DNA of 58,265 nucleotides, filler included, from Jimgerdemannia flammicorona (lineage: Eukaryota), in NCBI GenBank assembly GCA_003990765.1. It is 2 parts of 2 records of this genome, joined end to end, with 100 filler letters (N's around TTAATTAATTAA, not from the genome) between each part and the next. Parts side by side here need not be neighbours in the genome. Positions count along the whole stretch, not along the records: positions 1 to 29,089 come from RBNJ01000520.1; 1 more part is not named here. One strand, given 5' to 3'. Position 1 is the first letter of the stretch. Each line of letters opens with the position of its first letter. This document shows positions 13,459 through 25,439 of this stretch, piece by piece. Both the position numbers and the translations under genes were made by a program. Under the pieces are notes generated by a model. The model did no database searches. It was not told the DNA's origin and saw only the letters and a list, made by a program, of their open reading frames with translations.

Positions 13459-16400
13459 GATTCAAGATAAATCCCTCACTTTCAAGCTAAAAAATAAATA
13501 ACTACCACAATAACTACTCTGACTACAAGAGTCACTCCTATAAGAATTCAAGACAAGATAGAAATATATCTCCTAACATTCTATGGATATATTACTAAAG
13601 AGTCAATTCTGACCTTTATTGAAGACTTTGAACAATTTGCTGCCATATGAGCCCTCAATATTAATATACACTTGGTCCTTCTATCTGTTAGCCTTAGAGG
13701 ACCTAACAGAGACAAGTTCAATATAGTTACTATTACTAATGCTGATGTAGCCAAACTTACCAATATAAAGACCTTCCTCAGAACTATATACTATACTGAA
13801 GAGATCAAGCAAGCTCTCAAAGATCAACTCAATACTATCTATCAGGGACTCAGTGAAGACCCTAACTCATTCTATACCTGAATCTATCACTAGATTGTCT
13901 TAGCTGGCTATAATGACTACCTTAAGAAACAAATAGCTGATTCAACCTTTCTCAAAGAAGTTCACTCTGAAATTACCCTAACAATCCAGTCCACTCCAAC
14001 TGCTTTGACCTTAACTAGAAAGTGATCTTTGTATAGAGATATATATTGGACTGCCAGACACTCTACCAAATACTCAATAGAGAAAATAACTGGTATTAAG
14101 ATGGAGCCACAAAAGCCAACCAGTATTATATCTACTATAGTTGTAAACAGACAATCATTTCCACCTATCCTTAAGGTAGCTAAAGTGGAGGAACTTGCCA
14201 AGTAGTTTGCTGAGATGACTACATATCTTGGTGATATTATTAGAGAAGTCCAAAGCACCAATAGGAGACCAGTATAGAGATTTATAGCTATTATAGAAGA
14301 ATGTAATATTACATGCTTCAGATATAGAAAAGAAGACCACTATGCAAAGAGTTGTATAACTAAAATAAGATACAAAACCTAACCAAGCAATGTTACCAGA
14401 ACCAGAGAATAAATCAATACAGTAGTCATTAAGGAAATTGGTGACACTGATGATGAAGAATACTACAAAGAGTCCAAATTCTACCCTGTTACTAAAGGTA
14501 CCAGAACCCACTCCAAGCCCTATGACAAGAAGGACAACAGTAAGCCAGTTGGAAGACCAAAGAAGACCCTAGCTATCACTATTCAAAGTAAGATCCAATC
14601 TGAGGAGATTGATCAAGACATAGAGTTAGATGAAGCTGTTCACCAAATTATTGAAAGTACTACTCCAGTCTCAGGAAAAAGCAAGAGTAAGAAAGAACAG
14701 AAGCTGTACAAGACAAAGATCCACTAGTATGATATCTATAAAAATCTCAAGAAACAGAAGGTCAATGCTACTTTTAGATAACTAGCTGAAGTCTCTGCCT
14801 TCAGACAGCAGTTGAGAGTAGAACTTGCATCTACTGTCAAGAACCAAGAGTACAATATTGTAGAAGCTCACAATGTATAAGAAGAATCTGAGAACTCAGA
14901 TAAAGAATCTGAATTAGCCTACACTCTATATCAGATTGAAGATTATATCTTTAATGCCATTATTGATACTGGTGCTAGAAAATGTCTCATGAGTAAGAAG
15001 ACAATTGACTGCCAGACTGAAACATTGAAGAGTTTATCAAAATGGCCTATATTATAGTAGATAATATATGAGCTACTCCCCTAGGCAAGATCTAAGAAGT
15101 CTCTATCAAGATAGGAGGAGCTACCATCTCAATAGATATGATTGTTATAAGTACCACTAACTATGATATCCTTATTGGCAACTAATGACTTCACAAGGCC
15201 AAGGCTTTTATTGACCTCAATACTCAGAAGATGCAGATCAACTATAAAGAAAGAAAGGTACAAATATCTATCAATATCTACAAAGAAGTACTACTAGACA
15301 TAAAGGAAGAAGATGAAGAGAACACAGAAGTCTTCATGCACCCAGTATATAAGAATAAGAGCAAGATATCCAAGCTCACAGATGAGCAGTGGTATAATAA
15401 GATTATTGATAGCTATACTCCTCAAGAAAGATGCCCTTATGATACTAAGATATACTGCTCTGAACACCTGAATGACTACTGGTCCTATATTAGTAAAGTT
15501 AAGAAAATCTATCAACAAAAGTATGAACAAGAAGCTGCTGAAGTAAAAAGGAAAGCTGAAGAAGATGATTAGCTCCCAGAGCTTCAAGCTAATAGTAATG
15601 ATGAAAAGGAACAAGAACCAGAACATCACCCTCAAGGTCAAGAAGTTTTACCCTAAAGCTAAGATCCTAGAATATAAGACTAAAGAAGTCATAGGAATAG
15701 ACCTTACCAGTATCCAAGATGCTATTCTTGAACTATAGACTACCACTCTACTTAGCACTGAAATTGGAGTCAAGTTGCTAGAGAATTATGCCAGAATTAT
15801 CAAGACCAGGAGCAGTCTGGCCAAAAGTGAAATCTCAGTTGAAGAAGGAGTAATTGACCCTAATTATACTGGTGAGATCTTTCTCATAGTCCGGAATCAT
15901 AACCCCACTACTCTATTTGAAGTCAAGAAGTATGACAGTATTGGCCAGATACTAATTCATGAAGTTAAGAAGTCTAAGATAACTGAAGCCATTGAACTCA
16001 TCAAGACTAAGAGAGGAGAACAATACTTTGGATCTACTGGAAGAGGAGCCTATACTGCTATCAAGATTACTAAACTCAAGTATAAGAAAGATGAGGATCA
16101 GAATAAGTATATATATATTATTGGAGAAAACATTTCTCTGGAAGAATAACTTCTCAAGATCCTATACTAGAATGAAGAAGTACTTGCTACAGACTTCAGA
16201 GATATCCACAATTAAGAACCTAAGTACTATTATAAAGTTGACACCAGTAATACTAAGCCCATCTATCAGAAAGCCAGACCCATACCATCTGCCTACAGAG
16301 AATAGCTGCAAGCAGAACTTAAGAAAATAGAAGAAGCTGAAATCATCAAGCAAGCTATCAGCCCCTGGGCTTTACCTATTGTCCTCACTCTAAAGAAAGG

Positions 16401-17527
16401 AAGCAAGCCTGGAGAGTTTGCCCCAAGACTCTGTATTGATTATAGGAAGCTCAATATAATTACTGAAAAAGGATAGACAGCTCTTATAAAATATTCAAGA
16501 AATCCTTACCATCTTTGGAAGCAAAGTCAAATACTATACCATCTTAGATCTGTTCTCAGGTTTCCATCAGATTGGTCTCACTCAAGATATCAGTAAGAAA
16601 TCAGTCTTTATCATACCTGATACCACCTATATCTACCTGTGAATACTATTTGAAATATACAATATTCCAGCAAGTTTTCAGTAAATGATAAACATGGTCT
16701 TTAGTAATAAGATTGGAAAATAGCTCTTTGTCTATATTGATGATATGATCATCTTCAGCAATACTATATGGAAATATGTCAACCATATACAGCTAGCCCT
16801 CAAGAAGCTCAAGGAGCATGGTCTCTACATCAAGCCTAAGAAGTATAAGTTTGCAGCTCAGAAAATCACCTACCTAGGACACATAATCAACCAGATCAGA
16901 ATTCACACAGACTCTATAAAGATTGAGACTGTTGCAGCCTACCCAAGACCCAGAACAACTACAGAAGTCTATGCCTTTCTTAGACTGATCTCCTACTATA
17001 GAAGATTCATCAAAGGATACTCCAATATTATAGTATCTATCTATGAGCTACTGAAGAAGGAGACCAAATTCAAATAGACCAAGAAATATCAAGAAATCTT
17101 CAATAAACTTAAGACCATATTGACCCAAGTATCTATCCTCAGAAGACTAGATTGGAACCTAGAGTTCATTCTGCAGACAGATACAAGCACTATAGGACTT
17201 GGAGTAGTCCTAGCTCAGAAGAAAGATGGATATGAATATATTATCTCCTATACAAGCTGAGGCATCCATAAAGCAGAACAGAACTATGAGTTATATAAGC
17301 TTGAATACTTAGTAGTAGTTTGGGCAGTAGATAAGTTTCACTATCTAGCCAGGAAATACTTCACTATTCAAACAGACTATTCTGCTCTTGCTTGGCTATT
17401 TCACACTCTGAACCTTAAAAAAATATATACCAGATAGATCTACAGACTATAAGAGTATAACTGTACTGTTAAGCACCACTTAAGAAGAACTAATGTTAAT
17501 GCTGATGTACTCTTAAGGATATCCTAA
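13459..17527 (+). pseudogene. Element A gag-protease-dUTPase-RT-RNase H
   Basis: Zinc knuckle CFR(Y)RKEDHYAKSC about 14314-14355. Protease AIIDTGA about 14957. dUTPase RSSLAK..GVIDPNYTGEI..RGEQYFGSTG 15775-16040. RT LCIDYRKLN, VYIDDMIIFS about 16730. RNase H LQTDTS..NVNADVL. Stop TAA 17525-17527. Confidence 0.93.
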
Positions 17528-17552
17528 AATACCCCTATCAAGACTATTTAAT

Positions 17553-18798
17553 ATAAATAAGGAGCTATACTATGGATTAATCAGCTATCTTGGGCAGCAG
17601 AAGATACTCAACCACCTCAAACTCTGAACTATCACTATCATTAATTAGACTTGAAAATAATTTGAACTAGACAACACCATACTCAGAAAAGGAGAAAAGC
17701 TTATAATATCTAAATACAAGAAGTATCAAGTAATGAAGAAAGTATATGAACAAGAATACTTAGGAGGAACCAATATATATAACAAGGCAAGAAGAACCAT
17801 GTGGTGATCCAAGATAGAAGAAGACCTATACCAATTTGTCAAAGAGTATGATAAGTGCCAAAAACAGAAATAAGATCAGTAAGACCAGATATTTAAGTTA
17901 TCAAGAATTGAACCTATCCACTTTCACTATATTGCAATAGATATCATTGGACCACTACCAGTAACACTATCAGAAAACTACTATATTATAGTTATCATAG
18001 ACCTCTTTACCAAATAGATAGAAGCAGGAGTATTATAAGAAGCCAATGCTCTCTCTATAGCTGACTTCCTGAACTTAGAAATCATCTGCTACTACAAGAC
18101 ACTAAGGCAAATTATCACAGACTATAGCACAGAATTTGTCAATAGATTCTATGAAATAATATATCAGAAATATAAGATTCAGCATATCAAGATCACTACA
18201 TACCACTCTCAAGGAAATAGATAGACAGAAAGAATCAACAAGACTGTTAAGAACATCCTGGCAAAGATCTCAGACATATATGACAATTGGGATAACTATC
18301 TCCCAACTGCCCTCTCTGTCCTATAAGATATACAGTTACAGAGTTACACTTTATCCCAAAAGAACTGCTCTTTAGAGAAGAAGATTTCAATGGAATCTCA
18401 GCCATAAATCTAGACCTAACTTGGTGACAGATTGACTCAGAAATATAGAGACTACACTAAATCAAGAAGAAGAAAGAAGATTATATCATTAAGTTATAAG
18501 TACTGATAAGAAAGAATGCAGAAAAGAATCACAAGACTCTAGAATCTATCTAAATCAGAGAAAAGATCCTACTATATTAAAATATAGTAGAGGTCTTATG
18601 GTCATGAAAACTGGAGCCCAAATAAGAAGGACTCTTCTATGTGCAAGATATCAAGGGAACTATCTTCTGGCTTAGAAAAATCTCAGGGATCATACTGCCT
18701 ACTACAGTACATAGAAACAGACTCAAGAAGTACCATGAATCTATATAGAAGAAGTAAAACATAATAACTGCCCATGAGGTTCTAGTCCACAAATCATA
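17553..18798 (+). pseudogene. Element A integrase, apparently a separate ORF, no chromodomain
   Basis: Degenerate HHCC region, IAIDIIGPLP..YIIVIIDLFTK..TYHSQGN..TERINKT, and a GPF-like motif near 18630. It begins 25 nt after the RNase H stop in a different frame. Confidence 0.88.
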
Positions 18799-19353
18799 AC
18801 AGTATGTCCTATAACCAGCAGGCTATCTGTCTAGACTATTCTCTAAGAGATACAGCGTCAGCAACTCTCATCTGTAAGACTTTTGAAGCTAAAAAAGTTT
18901 GAACCATCAACTGATTGGTCAAGATCAGAATCAGGCCCTTACTCTATATGAAGAGAGCAATCTTTCACCATCATACCAAAATATAAAGGGAAGATACTAG
19001 TCTATAAACATCACTTTTTGACCCCTTGCCAAAGATTATGGGATCAGCAAATTTTTCAAAACTAGACCAATGAATAAGGAAATTCAAGAAAATTCTTATT
19101 CAGGAGGAAGATGTAACAATGATCCCAGAATGATGACATCAGTATAGGAGATAGTCTTTCCTTGCAAGCCATCAGATTGAAGCACAAGAAGATCATACAG
19201 CATACAAGATAAGTAATGATGACCAACTATGAGTCATTGTGACCACAGTATGAGTATCTTGAGAAATATAAAAGAAGGATCAAGGAACTGCAGTAGCAGT
19301 AACCAACAAGACTCACCAATCCCAAAATAGCTCAAAGACTTACCACAAATGAA

Positions 19354-20182
19354 ATGTCTACTGCTCACCAAACTTCAAGGTCAAGGAACCACCAAGGCAT
19401 CTCAGTCAAATAAAGGATGTTCCAAGACATTAGAAGAGCCATGAGAATCTACTCAAGAAGGACTCCTAGTGTCAACCTGGGTACTGATGACTCTTATCAT
19501 TATATTCTCTACTGTCATGAAATGGAAACAAGGATCACCATTACTACCAAATGCCTCCAAATATAGCAGGAGTATGAAATAGGAAACCTCCTCTGCCAGG
19601 AGTTCTCACAGGCCAGCACTCAAGAGCTACAAGATGCCACTCTCATAGATATATATGAAATAAGGACAGCTAAGAAGATCTATCAGATCTTCAAGTATGT
19701 ACTATGGTTGATTCTCAACTTGGAGTATGTTAGAGTCTCAGACTTCAGAGATCTATTAGCCTGCCATATCAATATACTAAAAGCCAGAGTGGTTATAGAA
19801 GTCCAGTCCATTATCACCCTCGACAATGATAAAGTAGAAGACTTCTGGCATTCCATCCTCTAGGACAACTCAGACCAATTCCTGCAAGGATTGATCTCAG
19901 TATTCTAAGACCTAAGTATCCAGATTAGACCTTCCCAAAACTCTATATTTGTTCTCTATTTTGTAGAAAAGAACCTCATAGACTAGAGAGCCCCAGACCT
20001 CCTTGTTCCCACCAATGCCAAACATAATGATATCATTGGTGATGATGTCATCCTGTATGATATATGTATATGAAACATATGACCTATGTAATGATGATAA
20101 ATTTGCAAACCTCATCTCCTTCTAAGACATCCTGACCTCTAATGAGGATGAAGCCTCTATGGTCTTGAACATTCTGCTCTAA
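19354..20182 (+). pseudogene. Accessory ORF inside 3' LTR A
   Basis: MSTAHQTSRSRNHQG..YEIGNLLCQEF..YEIRTAKKIYQIF..DNSDQFLQGL..FANLISF..MVLNILL*. A few transition-type stops and one frameshift near 20065. Confidence 0.78.
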
Positions 20183-21539
20183 AGTCCTTTGATGATACTG
20201 AATTATGCCAGCACTGGCATTCTAATGTGATACTGAATTATTCTAGTACTATTTTTCTATACCACCAAAATTATATCAGTATTCTGAATCTATATAACCA
20301 TCAGTGCCAACTCTGGAACTTAGCAGTTTTTTTTGTTCTGACATTTTATTTTAGTTATAAATTTATATTTAGCTTTATATCTTAGCAACCATTGAATTAT
20401 ATTTTGTATAAATATTCCTCTTATTTCCTCTAAAATAAAGTTAGTCTTCTCAGTACAATATACACACTTCCTTACAAGTAATTTAAGAGATAATAAGATA
20501 GTTTAAATATAAGAAGTTTGAGGACTATAAGATCTTGGAAAGGCACTCCAATAAGAACTTGCTTATAACAAACTTGAGTTAGTCTAAGAGATACACCTTG
20601 AAGAGAATCTGGCATATTTGAAGGACTCAGTAACTACTATATGATAATAAATTATATATTTATTTAATTCTCACTTAATTATACTTGCTTATTATAACTA
20701 TTATATCCTTCTAATTTATCTATCATCTTTTTGATACTTTATATAATTCTTTATCTATCTATATTAATATCTGAATATACTGCAATAAATTGATCTATAT
20801 CATTTTAATAACTAATATATTCTTTATACAGATGCTATAATTTAAGCATAATATAAAAAATTTGAGAAATTAGTATAATTTGATATTTTGTCTACTAAAA
20901 TATATAGTTTACTAATGATTTTTACCTATTTCTATCTATTTTAAATAAATTGATTCTTATCTTATATTTAGAAACTATATTCTTAAAAATATACCAATTA
21001 GTTATATAGTAGTATAAATCTGTAATCTACTTAATTATTCCATCCTCTTATTGATGAATAGTCTTTACAATATTCTTTACTTGAGAAATAATAGTAAGAG
21101 TGAGTATACTTGAGACAATCTGTATTACTATTGATAATAGCTCAGCTGTTTTGATAGATTCAAATATGTTTGCTTATAAAAGAGTATTTCTGAAAGATCT
21201 TCAGATCTTATATTGTATGCACAATTCTCAAAAGACTTCTTAGATGTAGTTCAGTTTGCATATCTAAGTACTTTATCATATCTATAATTGATTCTCAAAA
21301 ACTTCAAATCCTTATAAACAGTGATAGAATCTTAAATATTTATCACTAAACCACTATCTCCAAGCCTAAGAAACTTATATAACTACTCTTACAACTCATC
21401 TCTTTTCATATTTCTGGACAGCTTTGCTTCTTTAGATAATTTGCTATTTATTTATTTAAAAAAATCTTTCAAAATACTCATATATAAATAACTAAGGAAG
21501 ATGTTGACAGGAATATTATACTTGTCTGCAAGGAAAACT

Positions 21540-21712
21540 AATAATGAGCTGATAGTAACTTAGATAGATAAGAATAAGATAGCAATATCTTGGGTAAACA
21601 AAGATAAAAAAGGGCTGACAATAGCTTGAGATGACAAAGACAGGCCAGCAACAGCTTTAGATAATAAAGACAGGTAAACAATAGCTTAGCTAGATAAAGA
21701 GATAACAGTAAG
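21540..21712. repeat. Degenerate minisatellite, unit about 30 bp, about 5 copies
   Basis: Recurring GA(T/C)AAAGACAGG..CAA(C/T)AGCTT units. ORF 21538..21723 shows 10-aa periodicity (L.KLL). Confidence 0.55.
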
Positions 21713-22019
21713 AGTATGGTCACACTATCTGGAAATAATAGCAGCTAATATAGGTGTAGAAGTATTAGAAGCAGATAAGGCAGATGAAGTAGAAAAAGAA
21801 GACAATATCATATAAAAAACTCTATTATGCAAAATTTTTATATATATAAGCCATGGAAAATATGGTTACCAAAGAGATTAAGATCTTACTAATTCTCAAA
21901 AAAGGTCTTAATCTAGGTTCAGTTAGCTATAATAGATCCCATACCTCAAAATATTCACATAAACTTCAAATTTTTTTTTTATAGCCAAATTGACATATCT
22001 CAGTAAGAATTCAAAACTA

Positions 22020-23500
22020 ATTGAGAAATACTAAAGAAAGAAAAACTACTAGTTATATTAGAGTATAAGAAAGAATAAGCAATAAAGTTAGTATATAAAC
22101 TTAGTTACTTAGGAGAAACAAATATCTATAACAAAGTAAGAAGAACAATATGATAGTCTGAAATAGAGAAAGATATATATTAGATAATTTGTCAAGATCT
22201 GTAAAATTAATAAAATCAGATACTAAGACTAGCAGATATAGAACTAGTACTATTTGCCCATATTACAATAGATATAATTAATTTATTATCTCTGATATTG
22301 ACTGATAACTGATATATTATTATTATCATAGACCTTTTTATAAAATGGTTTAAAGTAGGATCTCTAAAAAAAAGTCAATATATAGTTAATTACTGATTTC
22401 TTCTATAGAGAAATCATCTGTTAATTCAAGACATCAAAGTAAGTAATAATAAATAAAGGAACAGAATTTATAAACCAACTCTTTGAGGTTCTATACAAGA
22501 AGTATAAGATTTGGTATATTCAAACTATAACTTATCATCTATAAAAAAATAGACAGACTAAAAGAATTAGTAAGATACTTAAGAATATTATTATCAAGAT
22601 CTATAATAACTATGAAAATTGAGACTACTATCTGCTAATAATATTATCTACTCTCTAGAATATATAATCACAAAGCACTTATTTTATTTCTTAAGAATTG
22701 CTATTCAGAGAAGAAAGTTCTAAAGAAATACTATTATTCAATAGAGTTATAATATGAAAATATATGAAAATATATAAATATTATAATATAAAAATTATAC
22801 TAAATAAGAAAGAAAGCTAAATATTATATAATTAAGTATAGATATTATAATAGAATAATATAGAGAAGATCTATAAGCTCTTAGAGATTATTAAGATAGG
22901 AGACAAAGTTCTAATATATTAGAATATGATAAAAGTTTCATAGTTATAAAAACTGGAGAAGAAACTATCTTTTGGTTATAAAAACTATCAGATATAATTA
23001 TTTTTACTACTATTTACAAAAACTGACTCAAGAAGTACTATATATAGCTAACTAATTAAATACTACTCTAGTCCTTAAGATCACAAGTACTACCTAGTGA
23101 GCTATAAAAAGACAATAGTAATCTACTGAGTTATCAATTATAGAGGATTCTTTTGATAATATTCAAAGTATTGTACAGATCTATCTATTATATATTTTAT
23201 ACTTTAGAGCCTACCAGAACTATGCTAAGTTTTAAAAGTACTTTAAGCTGAAACAATTATTAAATAAGAAGAAGAATATGATCAAAGAAAAGTAAATTGC
23301 TAAGTACTAAATATTCTATACCCAAATTACTATTATCAAGTAGGTCTATAAACTATTTAAGAATAAAAAACAAGTTCTGACCTATTTTCAAAAAGTAGTC
23401 TTAGGAAATTTCTAGTAAGTAAAGTAATATTTTTGAGAGAATATAATCAAGCAGATTATATAGTATAAGTATATATAATTGGTTAAAGTATAGGAGTTTG
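22020..23500 (+). pseudogene. Highly decayed family A-like integrase plus downstream region
   Basis: Colinear with 17680-18790: YIIIIIDLFIKW, YHL..NRQTKRISK, KIGDKVL, DSRST. Confidence 0.75.
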
Positions 23501-24139
23501 AATAAGGTGATTCAGAGATAAAATCACTTATTTAGAAGAAATTTGTGATAATTGATCTGAATTAGAAATAACAATTAGAGAATAGATATTTGATTATAAT
23601 ATCTAAATTTAATCTTTGATATAATATAGTATATAGTTTAGCAGTTATTTGATCTCTTAGTTATATAATTTGTATAGCTATATAAAATTCATAATTATAT
23701 AGATTATATAGATATATAGATCTCTCAACTATATAAAATAACTTATAGAAAAAGAAGTCCAACTTAGCTACTATATATTGAAATATCTCAGTTATAGAAA
23801 CTTAATATATAGTAGTATAATCTGACTACATTATCATGTAAATATTATCAATACATATAAAAATATATAAGCTATCAATAAATAAACACTACTTCTTCTC
23901 TCCACTCTTCTTCAAGTATTCTACAATAAAATATTATAAGCCTTACTAGTAAAAACAGATAATAACAAAAATACCTCTTTAATATATATACTTACTATAT
24001 AAAGAAAATATCATTATATCAAATATATATAAACTTGCCAAGTAGTATAAGTAAAATAGAATCTAGAATAGATACTAACAGTATAAGCATATCTATTATA
24101 ATAGTCACAACTACAACCATTCTTATAGTAGTACTAATA

Positions 24140-25200
24140 ATAATAAAAAGGATGATTTCTATCTTTGATAATAAGAATTATATTATATGAGTATACTATA
24201 TGAAGAATCTCTTGAAAGAATATAGTCTGGAGAACTACTAGAAGCCACAGATATAAATAATAAGATATAATACTATAAGAGATTACAAAGCACTAAGAGA
24301 GATCATATTTACTCTTTCAAATAAAACTTATCATCAATGCTATAATAGCAAATAAAGTCTGGGAGATTTTACATAATTACTATCAGTAAGTATCTATATA
24401 TAGTGCTCCCAACAAATCGAATCGAATCGAATTTGGCCCAAACTCGATTCAATTCGATCAAATCAAGGGTCCAATTCAATTCGAAGTTTGATTCAAACCT
24501 TAATTTTCAAAATGTAATAACTCGACGAAAACTCATCCAAATTTAACATATTTTAGCTTGTTAGATTCACTGTATTAATGTGATTCTAACAAGCTAAAGT
24601 ACGTTAGATTTGGATGAGTTTACGCTGAGTTATTGCATTTTTAAAATTAGGGTTCGAATCAGACCCTCAATTTGATTCAATTCAAATTGATTTGACTCAT
24701 TTGGGAGCACTATCTATATAAAATAGATTTCATCTAAAAGTACAACTATTCAATTTCTAAATAAAGTCTAAGAAGAGTATCTGAAACTATACCAACTATA
24801 TTGATAATCTGATAAATTAAGTAAATTTTCTTTCTATATTGGTAGATCTCATCAAGGATAAAGACAAGGTTCTGACTCTTATATGTGACCTTTCTGAGAT
24901 ATATAACATAGTTATTACTATTATGAGAGAATTCAAAAAACTATTAGACTATAAGTATATAATTATATGTCTTTTAAATAAGAAATTGAGACTGGGTGAC
25001 AATAACAGTAATGAAGATAATAAGAAAGCATTCTATGAGTATATAGATAAGGCAAAGATAAGCTGAACAAAGAACAAGGACAAAACCAATAGTATAATAG
25101 TTAGTGCAATAATTAATAAGTCAAATTTAATGATAAATACTTCTATTGTAATATGTAAGTGTAGATACTGTGAGTAAGACTAACTATAAGAAGAAGAAAA
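24140..25200 (+). pseudogene. Ty1/copia-like gag remnant, interrupted by a MITE
   Basis: FDNKNYII(W)VYYMKNLL, ANKVWEIL and IKDKDKVLTLICDLSEIY resemble copia gag N-terminal and UBN2 segments. Degenerate FYC knuckle at about 25140. Confidence 0.6.
24401..24712. mobile_element. hAT-type MITE, 312 bp, young (CpG retained)
   Basis: Perfect 12-bp TIRs TAGTGCTCCCAA / TTGGGAGCACTA. 8-bp TSD TCTATATA at 24393-24400 and 24713-24720. Subterminal ATCGA repeats and a central palindrome. Confidence 0.93.
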
Positions 25201-25439
25201 AAGATAAGTAATATAAACAGATAAATATTATGAATACTAACTACATATAATAAAAGTAATAAAGATAGTAAAGATTTATTTTTTACAAAATTAGCAATCT
25301 ATCTATATGTAGAAAAAAATATAGAAGTAAATTTGGAAACTATTTTTATACTGATGAAAAATGATAACATAAGTACTAGTACTATTATAAGCTATATATA
25401 CATATAGTAAAGACATCATCTTTCTTTGCTACAATTCAC

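Larger units (their letters stand above)
10646..20646 (+). mobile_element. Near full-length degenerate Ty3/Gypsy LTR retrotransposon, family A, with dUTPase
   Basis: 5' LTR 10646-13437 (interrupted by an insert), putative PBS at 13438, gag-pol remnants, PPT AGGAGGAAGA 19102-19111, 3' LTR 19112-20646 (TGTAAC..TGATA). No matching TSD. Confidence 0.93.

Noticed and set aside
20647..22020. AT-rich stretch with a possible protease-like remnant near 21300; also unassigned 3223-3531, 8940-9390 and 10390-10645
   Set aside because: Too decayed to assign by eye, with no supportable motif or boundaries.
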